64,000 bases of DNA from Lama glama (taxonomy: Eukaryota). Position 1 is the stretch's first letter, and each line of letters starts with the position of its first letter. The stretch lies in NCBI GenBank assembly GCA_028534125.1, contig CM052818.1, positions 36,148,001 through 36,212,000 of the forward strand. Reading direction: 5' to 3'. Under the pieces are notes generated by a model. That model was not told the origin of the DNA. It was given only the letters and a program-made list of their open reading frames with translations, and did no database searches. Positions 13,565 through 26,503 of this stretch are shown in pieces. The translations under genes were made by a program, and so were the position numbers.

Positions 13565-13868
13565 GTAAGTTTTTAGCTAACAGTGGAGTTTATGTCTCTG
13601 CAAATGTAAGAATACCTAATACGTGTATTTGTGTCATCCTGCTACTTAATCATATTGTATCTGTACTGAACTCTCTACGAGCACCTTTTGTTTCAAATTT
13701 AATACTGAAGTTTGGTAAATAAAAACATAGGTCAGTAGTTTGTTTATGAATCTTTCCCATAAGTTGTATTTAAACACAATGTGTATTATATACAGGTGGA
13801 TAAAATGGCAGTACTTCATTAGATTCTAAACAACTAAGTATACTTATATCTAATTGTTATATTTATAG

Positions 13869-14013
13869 ATCACTTTCTTCAAATCAACCAGCATCAGTGA
13901 CTGATTATCAAAATGTATCGTTTTCAAACCTAACTGTTAACACATCATGGCAGAAAAAGTCAGCTTTTACTCGCACTGTGTCCCCTGTATCTGTATCACC
14001 TATTCATGGACAG
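13869..14013 (+). CDS. ITSN2: ITSN2 exon, SH3A-SH3B linker ([48 protein letters not shown])
   Basis: tttatag|A TCA ... CAG|gtatgt; 145 nt, phase 2 to 0. Confidence 0.94.
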
Positions 14014-14251
14014 GTATGTATCATTAATTATTGTGTGCTTTGTTCTTTGACATTGCTCCTGGTTCATGTAAAATAGACTGAAGATTTTTGTGCAAAGGTG
14101 TCATTTATTCTTTTAACCAGAGTTTGGCTTCTGTTCTTATCATTTATATATGATATGAAGTTGAAGAAATTATTAGAGGTTTCTCAACAATTTATTCTCA
14201 TAGTATCAAGCTGCTACCAGCTAAGATTTCTGAGTTCAAAATACAATTTTT

Positions 14252-14389
14252 GTGAGAGGGTATAGCTCAAGTGGTAGAGCGCATGCTTAGCATGCAGGAG
14301 GTTCTGGGTTCAATCCCCAGTACCTCCTCTAAAAATAAATGAATAAACCTAATACTAACTCCTTCCAAAAAATTTTTTTAATGTAAAAA
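14252..14389 (+). mobile_element. tRNA-Ala-derived SINE (vic-1-like) with 17-nt TSD
   Basis: A box and B box present; TSD ttcaaaata(c/t)aattttt at 14235-14251 and 14390-14406. Confidence 0.85.
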
Positions 14390-14633
14390 TTCAAAATATA
14401 ATTTTTACAAATCAAATCTTTTATTGTTCTTAATTTGTAGTTAATATAAAAGCTTGGGCTTGGGGATTTTTTTGTTGTTTCTTTTCCTTAAATAAATCAT
14501 TTGTGTGAGAACTGTGTTTATATATATATATTTAGCCTCTGGTTTAGATGTAACCAAGATGCAAGTATTGTTGTATTAACATTATTAGAAAGAAATCACA
14601 GACCTCATCAGAATAGAGTCCTGCAGATTTCAC

Positions 14634-15900
14634 CTTCACTCTGAAATGTTTATTGTATGACCATAGGTTCCAGACATTTTATTATGTGCTAGAAATTTAA
14701 TGGGAAAAAAAACCTCTGTCATTAAGAAGTCATAATCTAATGAACACAAACATAAATAAATAACTTTATGAGAAATGTTGTAATAAAGATATTTTACAAA
14801 GTCTTGAGGGGTATATAGAGGGGAGAGCATTTCTTTTCAATCTGTGGGAATTGCAACAGGCTTCGCAACAAGCAGGGCATTTGAGTAGAACATTCAAAAA
14901 TGAGCAGTATTTCATCAAACAGATAATGAAAGTTATTCCTGTGAAAGAACAGTTTGGGGAAAGTCACTGAGGCATATTAACACAAGGAGTTTACAGGAAA
15001 CAAGAATTGTTTATAGTGTAACTAATGTATAGGACTTGAAGAAAGGGTTAAGAAGTGAAGTTAGAAGAGTTGAGGTTTATTTACAAAGCATTTAATACTA
15101 TGCTAAGCAACTGGCAGTGGAAAGCCCACAAAGGTTTTTAAGAGGAGAGTTCAAGTATATATTTTAGGAAGATAGCTCTGGCAGTAGTATAGAGGCCAGA
15201 TGGGTGGAAGAAAGCAAAGGAAGGGAGGATGTTACAATAGCTAAGTGACAGATGATGTGTGAACCAATACCATAGTAATGAAAATATATAGGAGAGGAGA
15301 TAGACTTAAAAGAGTATTAGAAATCAGCATAAAATTAGGAATCCATTGAATGTGGAAAGTGAGGAAGAAGTTGGAGTTAAAGGTACCTCTTCAGGGTAAA
15401 TAACTGAAAGGATGATGGTATCATTGTGCAGTGCAGGAGAAGTGGGCTTGGAGGGTTCTAAAAATGACTACATCTCAGGCATGCAGGTTAAATATCTGTA
15501 GTAGGTGCAGCCTGGTGGGAAAGCTTAGTAGGCAGCTTGATTTACAAGGCTGGAGCTCAAAAGATACAGTTACAATTAAGATATAGATTTGAAAGGTCTT
15601 AGGCATAAATTGGATTATTTAGGAAATTATGTGAAACAGGAAGGGAGAGGGACTGGACCAAAGAAGAGCCATCAGTCACCAGAGAGTGAGCTTCAGGAAC
15701 TGCAGGGGTTTTAGTGATGTCAGCACTGTTCAGAGTTCAGGGAAAGTAAGGGCCTGCAAGAAGCTTTTGACTCTGATGTTATCAGTAATCTTGTTAAGAG
15801 GTTCAGTATTGTGATGGGTGGGAACTGAAGTTAGAATGGATTGAGGGGTGAAACTGGAAAGCAAGTTTAAGACTGTTCTTTCTTTAAGGAAGTTAGAAGT
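14634..15900 (-). mobile_element. L2 LINE relic (boundaries approximate)
   Basis: ttcactctgaaatgtttattg start; L2-like motifs such as ggtttttaagaggagagt...ttttaggaagatagctctggcag. Confidence 0.5.
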
Positions 15901-16558
15901 AGACGTAAATAGAGAAGTGGAAAAACTGAAGATTTAAGAGAGGGACTTTACAGTGTTACAGAATATTTTTAGAAAATGAGAGGGCATAAGAGAAGGTTTA
16001 GAGCACAGGTAAGGAGGTTAGCCTTATCAACAAAACAAAAACACTCCTTCCTCTGAGAGACGAGGGAAAGAAAGAAGGCTGAATAAGAACATGAAGAAGT
16101 TAAGAGACAGAAAGCAGAAAAGTGGAGGGAGGCCGAGCCCAAGTGCATCTCGATTCCTAGTGGAATAAACAGAGTCCGCTGCTGGGAGGAGACTTTGGAA
16201 ACTGGAGGGAAAAAAAGGTTCCCCTTTTCATTTGTTCTGTGATATATAGTTGATGGATCTGTGAATACACTTCTTGAGTATCCAGTGTTTACCTCCCATT
16301 ACCAGTGGTGCTTAAGGCCAAGATGTTTCCTTGAATGGTAGGCGTTGGGTCTTAAAAGGCTATTCAGATGGTTGTCTGTCATATATAATTCTAGGCTACT
16401 TAGTAGATAAGTTATCTTAAGTCACCATTGATAATAAGTCACCACCACATCAAAATGGTCTGCTATCTGAACAGTAAGTATGTTTTATACTAGGAAACAG
16501 AAATCATGGTTACTATTGTTTTTGTTTTTTTTTTAATTTTGTGATTTTGTATTCACAG

Positions 16559-16764
16559 GGACAGGTTGTAGAAAACCTAAAAGCACAGGCCCTTTGTTCC
16601 TGGACTGCGAAGAAAGATAACCACTTGAACTTCTCAAAACATGATGTTATTACTGTCTTGGAGCAGCAAGAAAATTGGTGGTTTGGGGAGGTGCATGGAG
16701 GAAGAGGATGGTTTCCAAAATCCTACGTCAAAATCATCCCTGGGAGTGAGGTCAAGCGGGAAGA
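16559..16764 (+). CDS. ITSN2: ITSN2 exon, SH3B ([25 protein letters not shown]...[20 protein letters not shown])
   Basis: attcacag|GGA ... GAA GA|gtaagc; 206 nt; overlaps ORF 16541..16768. Confidence 0.96.
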
Positions 16765-18761
16765 GTAAGCATTTTTATGTGTTTACACAAGGTGTGGATG
16801 TTGGTGTTTTCACTGGTGAGTCAGCCGTCATCTGACTGGCTGTGCAGGAAATAAAAGTTTATGCTTGAGTCTGAGTATCAGAAGGGTAATTCCTAGAGTG
16901 AAAAAAATATATATATTTTTTCAGATATTCATACTAGTTTGAAAATATCTTTTATACTGGTTACTTTAGATTCCTGAAGTTTTCAGGGTGCTTAAAATTT
17001 TAGATCTCCTGCTTTCTTTGTAGCATCAGGTCAATTAGAGAAGTTACTTTTCATTTCCTCTAGAGCATTTCTCCCTTATTGTTTACTATAAATTGTAAAT
17101 ATTTAGACGAATCTTTACTGAAGGCCTCCCCTTTGCCAAAGTGGGGCTTTCCCATCTCTGGGCCTCCAGAGGTCCTTGAACATCACCTTCCTTACTGCTC
17201 ATATACACTGGGTTGTAGTTATTTACTTCCTTGCCTATATCCTTTGTTAGGTCATAAGCCCCAGGAGCGTGGGATCCACATCTTTTTGTTCGTTTTTCAG
17301 TTTTTTCATACCTAATGCATCTTACCTTAATGCATAGTAGCTACTCAATCATATTAGTTCCACAACTGAGGAGAGGAGCGAATGAAAGAACAACCAAATG
17401 AATGAACTTTCACATGAACCAAAAAACAAAACCAGATAAGGTCTCTGGCCTTTATTTCCCAGCCTGTAGGGGAGTCAGGTCATCAAACATCTTTAATACA
17501 AAGACTTTTAAGTGCTGTAATACAGCTGTGGGTAACTGTTGCTTGTGTTTTATATGGAAGTTGATCTAAATAGAAAAGCAATATGATTTAACGAAAAGGA
17601 ACAGGGGTCTTTGGAAATAAAGAGCCTTGAGTTCTGATTCTGCTGTTTTTACCAGACTGTGTGAGATAACCCACTTGGCCTTTAGCCTTTTAATTGATTG
17701 AATGAAAATAATAAACTAAAGAAATCTTTAAGAATCCTTTCAGTGCTAAGATTCTGTATATCAGTTTTTAGTTCAAATGCAGGAATTTACTTTTCAGTCG
17801 GACATAGAATACAACAGTAGTACATGGCTGATGTGTAGACTGGCACTGCGCTCCATCCTTTATAGAAACATCTCGTGTAAACTCCATAACATGTTACGGG
17901 GAAGGAAAACTTCAACACAAAGAGATTAAGTTTAAATGCCTTTAAGGACATTTCTCCTAACTTGTTGTTCAGTTACCGATCTTTTCTAACAGGTAAGGCG
18001 TGTAACTTGAAAACCTGCAGTAACAGAGAATTCAGCACTAAACAAGGCAGTTCATTCAGCGTGCCCATGTCGTAAGGTTCCACTCTGTTCACCTGAAAAC
18101 TGTCTCACTATATAATTTACTCACAGGTCCTGGGGAGCCCTGTGACACCTGTATCCTACAGATGTCTATCTAGTTCTTAAATTCCACAGTCTTCTAGGTT
18201 TTTGAAACAGTTTCCTGGGTTAAATTGGAAATGAAATCTATACATGTTCCAAAATGTAAAAATAAAAAAACCCCACAAAAATGTAAAAATTAAGTTCTAT
18301 TATTCTTACGTATTTTTTAAATGTACTGTGCTCTAAACAAGTAGTAAAAGTGATGTATTACCCTTGTTTTTCCCTAAACCAAGCCAAGTCCCATATGTGC
18401 TTTACTAAGTAACTGCCCATTTACCAATGCGTCATATTTTTTAAATTACCTTAGAAAGGCAAAATACCTCACATTTGAGAAAACTATTTATAAATTATAT
18501 TGAAATTACTTTAATAGATTTAAAATTTTTTGAAGTTTGTAACTTTGACAGTTCTTAATCCACTAGAATTTTGTACATGAGGCTATTTCTAGCCTGTGTA
18601 TTGAGACAGTATTTCAGTTAATTTTGGCTCTTAAAAGAATGTACTCCCAACACCTGCTGTGTTCATCACATCACATCACCTTTCTTGCTTTTTTGCTTGT
18701 TGATGTCTTTTTTTGTTGTTTCACTATTTTTTCTTACCTGTTTTGTATGTTTATTTGGCAG

Positions 18762-18826
18762 ACCAGAAGCTTTGTATGCAGCTGTAAACAAGAAACCTAC
18801 CTCTGCAGCCTGTACAGTGGGAGAAG
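18762..18826 (+). CDS. ITSN2: ITSN2 exon, SH3B-SH3C linker (PEALYAAVNKKPTSAACTVGE)
   Basis: tttggcag|A CCA ... GAA G|gtgagc; 65 nt, phase 2 to 1. Confidence 0.94.
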
Positions 18827-19717
18827 GTGAGCTTTTGGCAATTAGAAAATTAGATGGACGTCAAATTAGCAATTGACTGGTTATCTGACTTCCTACAGTT
18901 GTTACTCCCCTTGCTTTTTTTCCTTCAGTGTTAAAGTGAGGTTACGAAAACCTGCTCCCTCTCTATTTCACACAAATATTAAGAATATAGAAAAATATAT
19001 GAAGATACTTGACACTTTTATAAAATCAGTACTACAAAAATTCAGCATAGACTGCCTCGATAAATAAGATCATTAATAAAAAGTGTTTCAGTGAGATAGC
19101 ACAAAGTATTTTGTTTTCCATTTATTATATACTAGGTTATAGATGTTTAAAATATAAGTAAATTTCAGTACATATAGAGGTTCACAAATTGCATTTTACA
19201 GTGTACCACATAAATCATTAAGAGGATTTGAAATCAACGTATACTTTATCATAAATATTACAAAGAAAATTTGTATACCCCTTTGGGTTATTTGAGTGAT
19301 TATCTTAATTTTCATCATGTACTGACAGATGAAAGCTATCTAACCTTACTTCAGACAGTATTTTTATTTAATAGTTATGTAGGTTTATAAATGAATTGTT
19401 CCATGTCTGTAGAGATACTGATAACCATTTGTAGCTTTGGGGTTATTCTCTGATATGATGATGATGATTATGATGACAGTGATGATAACACAACTGGGGA
19501 AAAAATCCTGTGATAAAGCTTTATAACAAATCAAAGACTTAATCTTTTCCTAAGAAATTGTTAAATAATTACTTCATTCTGTTTTCTCCCTTAATGTTTC
19601 TTTACATTTAGGTTTCCTTAAGTCACAAGTTCTTTTAATTTACTCAAGATCTTGGAGATTAACATAATCTGTAACCTTACAACCAAAATTAGTTTCTTTT
19701 TGCTTTGTTCCCTACAG

Positions 19718-19884
19718 AGTATATTGCACTTTATCCATATTCAAGTGTAGAACCTGGAGATTTGACTTTCACTGAAGGTGAAGAAATATTGGTGACCCAG
19801 AAAGATGGAGAATGGTGGACAGGAAGTATTGGCGATCGAACTGGAATTTTTCCATCAAATTATGTCAAACCAAAAGATCAAGAG
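19718..19884 (+). CDS. ITSN2: ITSN2 exon, SH3C ([55 protein letters not shown])
   Basis: ccctacag|AG TAT ... GAG|gtagag; 167 nt. Confidence 0.96.
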
Positions 19885-20278
19885 GTAGAGTTATTTTGAT
19901 ATAGAAACAGAATCATTCCATTCCTGTTGATCAAGGTTCATATTTAAAACAGAGTCACACGTATATGGTTTTGGTCAGGCTGCTTTGGTTACAAGGAAAC
20001 TACTTAGGGTAGCTCCAGTAAAATACTGTTTATTATGGGGATCCTGTTAGAGACAGAAGGGAGAAATGATTTCATGAAATCCTAAGAACAAGAGCCATAG
20101 GTAGGGCTGGGCCTCATGGTAACTACAGTTAGAAAATGGTTTGGATTCAGAGAGGCTTGCAAAGGAACAACCTTGAAGAAGTCTGTAAATCTTTAAGGCT
20201 CTGACATTAATGTGACTGAGCCCACACTCTGAGTTCCTGCTGCTTTTTGTCTCACCATTATATATAGTATACATAGTG

Positions 20279-21278
20279 CAGCCCCTCTCAGACTTTTTGG
20301 TTTCAGGAACTTTCTACATTCTTAAAATTTATTGGGGACTTGAAAGTTTCTGAAAATATATGGGTTATATCTAGTGATATTTTCCATATTAGAAATTAAA
20401 ACTGGGATTTAAAAAAAATATAAATTCATTTTGAAATAACAAAATTAAACCCATTGTATGTTAACATAAATAACTTGCTTTTAATGAAAAACAACTATGT
20501 AGTATATCCCCCGCCCCCCCCAAAAAAAGTTTAGTGAAGAGTGGTTATTATTTTATACTTAAAAAAATCTCATTAGTGTTTGGCTTAATTCAAGACAGCT
20601 AAAGTCTCACACCATTTCCATGTTCATCCTGTTGCAACATGTTCTTTTGGTTGAAGTATATGAAGACAATTCAACCCCACACAGATATGAAAGAAAACAG
20701 AAGTACAGTTTTCCCTTGAAAGCTTGAGTTTTATCATTGGTAAAACTCCTGTGAGCAGTTTTTGCATGAAGTGGCAGACTTACTTCATTGATCTTTGAGC
20801 AGATGTCTGTTAAATCTCAAGTAGGAATAATTTGTCATTAAGTCATTCTTTCAAATAAAAATGTTGTTCATGAAAAACCTAGTTTAGTTCATAGTTTGAT
20901 CACCTGAGGCTGTTCCTTGAGACAACTCTTGTACTTCAGTGTGCAGCAGAAATCTCCAGGCACACTTCACTTAGTCAGCAGACTTTTAAAAAGATGTGTA
21001 TCTGAGGATTAAGATTTAATAAAATTTTTACTGCTAGGTCAAGGACATTCTTGGTGACACTGGCTTTGTTTCACTTTGAGCGCACGGCTGTGTGCTATGG
21101 CTACTAGTGTTATAATTTGGCACCACCTTTGTAATTCATGCTAAGGCATCAGCAATTTTGCCCACCCGTGTAAATGTTAATACAGCAAAAGAGGCGAGTA
21201 ACAATGTCTTAGTACTATTATGAAAAGTTTTATCTCCCAGACACCTGGGATCCACAAACCTCACATTGAGAAACACTG
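20279..21278. mobile_element. hAT-Charlie DNA transposon (Charlie1-like)
   Basis: Degenerate TIRs cagcccctctcaga... and ...ttgagaaacactg; Charlie1-type left end (gggttatatctagtgatattttccatattagaaattaaaactg). Confidence 0.7.
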
Positions 21279-21289
21279 AGACTGCTTAG

Positions 21290-21490
21290 TTTGGCTTCCG
21301 GCTCTAATACTTAGAGGCTAGGTGACCTTGGACAAGTTACTTCACCTTTCTGTGCTTGTTTCCTTCTCTGTAAGTTGGGGATAATGATAATTACTTAATA
21401 GTGTTATTGCAAAATTAGCTAAGTGAATATATGTAAAATTCTTAGAACAGTACTTATTACATAGTAAGTACTCAAAAATGTTGGCTGTTG
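21290..21490 (+). mobile_element. MIR SINE
   Basis: gtgaccttggacaagttacttcacctttctgtgc...tttccttctctgtaagttggggataat. Confidence 0.75.
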
Positions 21491-22117
21491 ACTACCATCA
21501 ACTGACTCTGCTTCAGTTCTTTTACTACAGCTGTGTTCACTAAGGAAAAAAAAAAAATGTAACCCCTTCTCTTGTCTTGTTCAGATTCCCCAAAAGAGAA
21601 AATGTGGTTGGCCCAACTTATCTTGTAAAGTCAAACAGATCACAGGTTGCTAGAGTATGCATTTTTTGTTATTAGGTCAGGTTAAGGAGGAACATGGCAA
21701 AAAATTAAAAATAGAAACATTGTTTCCTATGCAGGAACAAAACTCACATATTCCTTAACAGAACCAGAGCACATACGTTGTATGTGGTGGGCATTGATGC
21801 TAGCCCCGTTGATAAATGAAATGTATTTGTCCTGGATGGTCACATTTAATATTCAGAAAAGATTCAGAAAATTAGTTACTCCTGTTGAGTCATTGGATGC
21901 CAACATAAGCTACTTGTATGTAATGTATTCTGTTAGAACCGGATCTCCCCATAAATATGTTTCTTAACTTACTTGATTAATATAAGGTTAATCATCATTT
22001 TGCTCTTACTTTAAAGAAACAAGAATCCTGGAAATTAGAAATCTCTAATTCTAAATAGCCTTTGTACTTTCACATCTGAATTAGAAAATGATAAAACCGT
22101 ATATCTTTTCCTTACAG

Positions 22118-22163
22118 AGTTTTGGGAGTGCTAGCAAATCTGGAACATCAAACAAGAAACCTG
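22118..22163 (+). CDS. ITSN2: ITSN2 small exon (SFGSASKSGTSNKKP)
   Basis: ccttacag|AGT ... CCT G|gtatgt; 46 nt; followed by an 82-nt intron. Confidence 0.93.
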
Positions 22164-22245
22164 GTATGTATAATAATGAAGCTGAAAAACTACTGAAGTG
22201 TTTAGTAGTCTTGAATTCATAGTTTCTTATTTTCCTTCTTTTCAG

Positions 22246-22367
22246 AGATTGCTCAGGTAACTTCAGCATACGTGGCTTCTGGATCTGAACAGCTTAGCCT
22301 TGCACCAGGACAGCTGATATTAATTCTAAAGAAAAATACAAGTGGGTGGTGGCAAGGGGAGTTACAG
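22246..22367 (+). CDS. ITSN2: ITSN2 exon, SH3D N-terminal part ([40 protein letters not shown])
   Basis: cttttcag|AG ATT ... CAG|gtaaca; 122 nt. Confidence 0.95.
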
Positions 22368-23424
22368 GTAACAATCTTTAATTAACATTTATTAATTTTG
22401 TTGTAAAAGTAATGCATGCTCACTAGAAAAATAAGATTAATGAAAAATTTAGATCACCTATAATCATACCACTTGGAGATAATCAATACTATAATTTTAG
22501 GGTATTATGTTTCTCTCTACTCTTTTTCCTGTTTATTTCTAGCACAGTTGATGTTATAAATAACAATATGAAGAATCATTTTCTCTACGGACATAATTGT
22601 TTTCCAATAATACCTGCTTTAATAAACCACAGGTCACCTTCTTAAAGGAAAGCTTAGCATCATCTTTGCCTGGGATAACCTGTCTTGCAGTATAGCTTCT
22701 AGGAGAAAAACAAAAAACAAAAAAACATAATCCAGGTTGTATGCTGAGAAAATAACAACCCATTGGGCTGTCCCCCTATAGTCTTATATTTTTGAAACAG
22801 CAGTGTAAGGAAAGAAACTGTAGGAGTTAATAAGCCTGTTTTTTTTCACAAAATGTTAACAGAGACAGTAATTGCATATGTTTTGATACAGAGAGTTCAT
22901 TTCTCACTCCTGTAGTTTCCTTACTGGTTAAAACTAAAAAGCATTTTAGGATAACAGATGATGACAGGTAAAAGACCTGGATTTATGATTGTAATATGAA
23001 GGGTTGACTTAACTTCATTCTTGCAAGTCAGAGTCTTACAGTTTCTAAAGAACTGTGGAGGTTCAAAATTCAGTGTCTTCTTGAGTAACCCCCTGAAATT
23101 TCAACTTCTGATTTGCTTTGAAGACTAACCCAACTAACTGGGAAACATGGCTTTCCACAAATTTTATTTATGATTGCCTGGTTAATTATTGACAAAGCCC
23201 CAAGAGGTATTTACTGTGAGCTGTATCGATTTAGGTATTGACTTGGATTTACTAAGGGAACGCTTGAGAAGTCTTTCTAGTTTATAAATATTATTTGTGT
23301 GAAATATTCAAGAACTTTGAGCCTGAAAGATCTCCAAATAGACTCCTACAAATAGCACTTTCAGCGGCACTTTGAGAGGCATATTGAGTCTTCCAGTTGT
23401 TTAACATTGACCTGGACGGCCAGT

Positions 23425-24027
23425 GCAGAATTCAGGTATTCCCAAGACACCTCACTTCTGACGCTGATTGTAAGTTTGGAGGTCCCCAAGGCCACTCTTG
23501 AGTTCAGTAATTCGCCATAAGGACTCAGAACTCACTGAAAGCTATTCTACTCATGGTTGTGGTTTATTACAGCAAAAAGATTTAGATTAAAATTAGCCAA
23601 GGGAAGAGCTGTATGGGGCAGAGTTCAGGATGATTCCAAACAGAGCCTCCAGTCATCCTCTCCCAGTGGAATCATGGATAGCATTAAATCCTCCTGGCAA
23701 CAATACACCTGGAGTATTGCCAAGCAAAGAAGCTCACTTGAGCCTTGGTTTCCAGAGTTTTTATTGGGGCTCTATCATATAGCCATGATTGACTGCCCGC
23801 ATGGCCTAACTCAGTCTCCAGTCCCTCCAGAGGCCGTGTTCATACAATGTGACCCAGAGTTCCCACCATAAGTCATGTTATTAGACTATATGGTATAGTT
23901 AAGGCCCCCAAGTAAACTGAGACACTCTTAACAGTTAAGACATTCCAGAAGTTTAGAGATTACCTTCCAGCAGCCAAATGCAAAGATCAGACCTCTCTTT
24001 GTACAAAGTTAAATTCTCTACTACACA
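23425..24027. mobile_element. MER21-like solo LTR
   Basis: ggactcagaactcactgaaagctattctactcatggtt and terminal aaagttaaattctctactacaca. Confidence 0.65.
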
Positions 24028-24132
24028 GCCAGAGTTTTCCTCATTTTTAGTTTATGTCTCAGTAATTGTCTTTAGTCTCATCTTTTATATATATATATAA
24101 TTTATTTACTTACTTACTTGCTAATTTTGTAG

Positions 24133-24229
24133 GCCAGAGGAAAAAAGCGACAGAAAGGATGGTTTCCTGCCAGCCATGTTAAACTTCTGGGTCCAAGTAG
24201 TGAAAGAACTACACCTGCCTTTCATCCTG
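24133..24229 (+). CDS. ITSN2: ITSN2 exon, SH3D C-terminal part ([32 protein letters not shown])
   Basis: ttttgtag|GCC ... CCT G|gtatgg; 97 nt. Confidence 0.95.
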
Positions 24230-24622
24230 GTATGGAAATGGGTTAACTTGTATTTCATCTTAGAGAAGTTTTGTTAAAACTCAGCGACTTCTTAGATGAG
24301 CTGATTCTTTGAAAAATATTTTTAAATTTTTCCTTTCCTTACTTCTGCCTCAAAGTAATTTTATAATTCCAACTATTCAGTGATACTTGAACCACCTCAC
24401 TCCTTGAAATTTTTTAATTGCTAGGCCACCATACTTTAAAGCAAAGCAGTTCACTTTGATTTCTAACTGCAGTTGGAAAATTCTTGTTTTTATAAAACAG
24501 GCAACAGGGGAAGGAGAGGGAGAGAACAGCTAAAGGGAAGTTTTAGCCGTATTTTTATGAGTGATCCTTATAGGAACAATTATTTTGTTTAATATGTTAC
24601 TTTGTTGTTCTTTTTCTGGTAG

Positions 24623-24814
24623 TGTGTCAGGTGATCGCCATGTATGACTATGTAGCGAATAATGAGGATGAGCTAAATTTCTCCAAGGGACAACTTATTA
24701 ATGTTTTGAACAAAGATGATCCTGACTGGTGGCAAGGAGAAATCAGTGGGGTGACTGGTCTTTTTCCTTCAAACTATGTCAAGATGACGACAGACACAGA
24801 TCCCAGTCAACAGT
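24623..24814 (+). CDS. ITSN2: ITSN2 exon, SH3E; last exon shared by short and long isoforms (CQVIAMYDY...[17 protein letters not shown])
   Basis: ctggtag|TG TGT ... CAG T|gtgagt; 192 nt, phase 1 to 1. Confidence 0.96.
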
Positions 24815-26503
24815 GTGAGTAATGTCAAACTATTTACTTCTTAACTGGTGCAAAAGCTTTAATATGCAGCACTGCATTCATTACTGTTATGGATCAGATC
24901 TTAAACTCAGCACTCTTAGCAAATGTATATTAATGCTTAGAGTAAGAAAATATAAAAGGAAACTTCAGAAAATCAAAAATTATACTGCTTTATTTTAAAT
25001 ACTTTTTTCCTAGCTTCAGACCTTACTAATAGACTTTATCTGAAAAAAGTTGTAATTCTTTCACGGCTTCTTTGTTAGGATTGTGGTCTTCCCTTTCTAC
25101 CAGCCTTTTTCATCTTAATAAAGAGTAGCCAGCAATTACCCTATTGTCCTATTCAAAAGGACCCTTTTAGTGTACAGGTGCTATTAATTTTGCAACCTTC
25201 TCATTTATTTCCCACATTTTGATGTATCATTCAGGTTAGAAGAAAATTTAAAAGAAAATTTTAAAATTTATTTTATGAATAGTTTGTTTACAAAACTCTC
25301 ATCAGGTGATTTTTTTAGATAGATAACTTATTCCACAAGAGATACATGAATCAAGATCTGCTTCACTATTTTTAGATTAAGGTCCAGCTCTCAAAGGATG
25401 AGATTCGGTGTTACATAAAATTATCTCTTGGTAGTTACCTAGCCTTTCTTATATTTGACGGTACACAGCATTAATAGAGAATAAGCCGTACTTGGAAATA
25501 TTTTTTACCTTTATAAGATGGATGTCACTTTTGCCCATCCTTTTGATTTTTTTGTCTTTTTTTTTTAAATAAAATACAGCATGATTTGTATCTTTATCAT
25601 TCTTGTGAAATTATCTAAAAGCTTTAGCCTTTCATTTTAACTTAGCTTCTAAGAACATATAAATGGTAACACAGTCAAAGATGAGATGTTTATGATTCAT
25701 AGCAAGTGTTGTGAATTTTACTTTGTACTGTATCTATAATTTTGAAATATTAGTGCATTATTTTCACTCTAGAGCGTATAAAGATAATTCTGATTTTGAG
25801 AGAAGACTTTCCTTTAGATAAAGCAACTGAATTTCCCAGTTTGGAGGTGGAATCCAGTTTTTTATGGTTTGAACATTCCCCAAAATATATCAGGGTTTTA
25901 GGAGAGGTAGTAAAGAAAATTATAACAATTTGGATTACCTAAATGAACAACCATTTTTAAACCCTGCTGATGGTTTGGCAGTTTTCAGTGCTGGCTGGTT
26001 TATCTGATTAATTAGGAATACCTTAGATGTCTTTCCTGGACCTGAGAGGAAAGTACTTTTCAAACCTATTGGGTCTGGAAAATCTTTGGTTAAGTGATCC
26101 CTGGAGGCATTCCAGTATGTCATTACATTTGGCTTTTATAGTGTCTGCAATGTAAAGTGATGGTTTTCCAAATGTTTTGTTGTTTATCTTGTTTCCCAGT
26201 GGTGGAACACTTTTTTCCAATTAAGTCTTATATAATAATGACTATAAAGAATAGTTAAAAGCTATTCTAAAGAACAGCCAGGAGTGCAAGAGTATTAGAG
26301 TAGCGTATTAGACTGTAATTTGTGTTTCTGGAGCCCTTGTAAATAGTATTTTCAATTTATTATGTAGTTAGGATATTTTTTCAAAGGTTGAGAATTTTAG
26401 TAGTTCAAATTTGCTTAGTTGATGTTGCATGTAATTAGTCGAATTTTTTTCACCCACTTGATTTGCTTTATGTTCATTTTATTCCTCATTTTTCTTTTTA
26501 TAG

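Noticed and set aside
14252..14330. tRNA-Ala(AGC)-like gene, and similar heads at 44762, 46183, 47154, 55053 and 63079
   Set aside because: Shared non-tRNA tail, A-rich end and TSDs identify them as SINEs, not tRNA genes.
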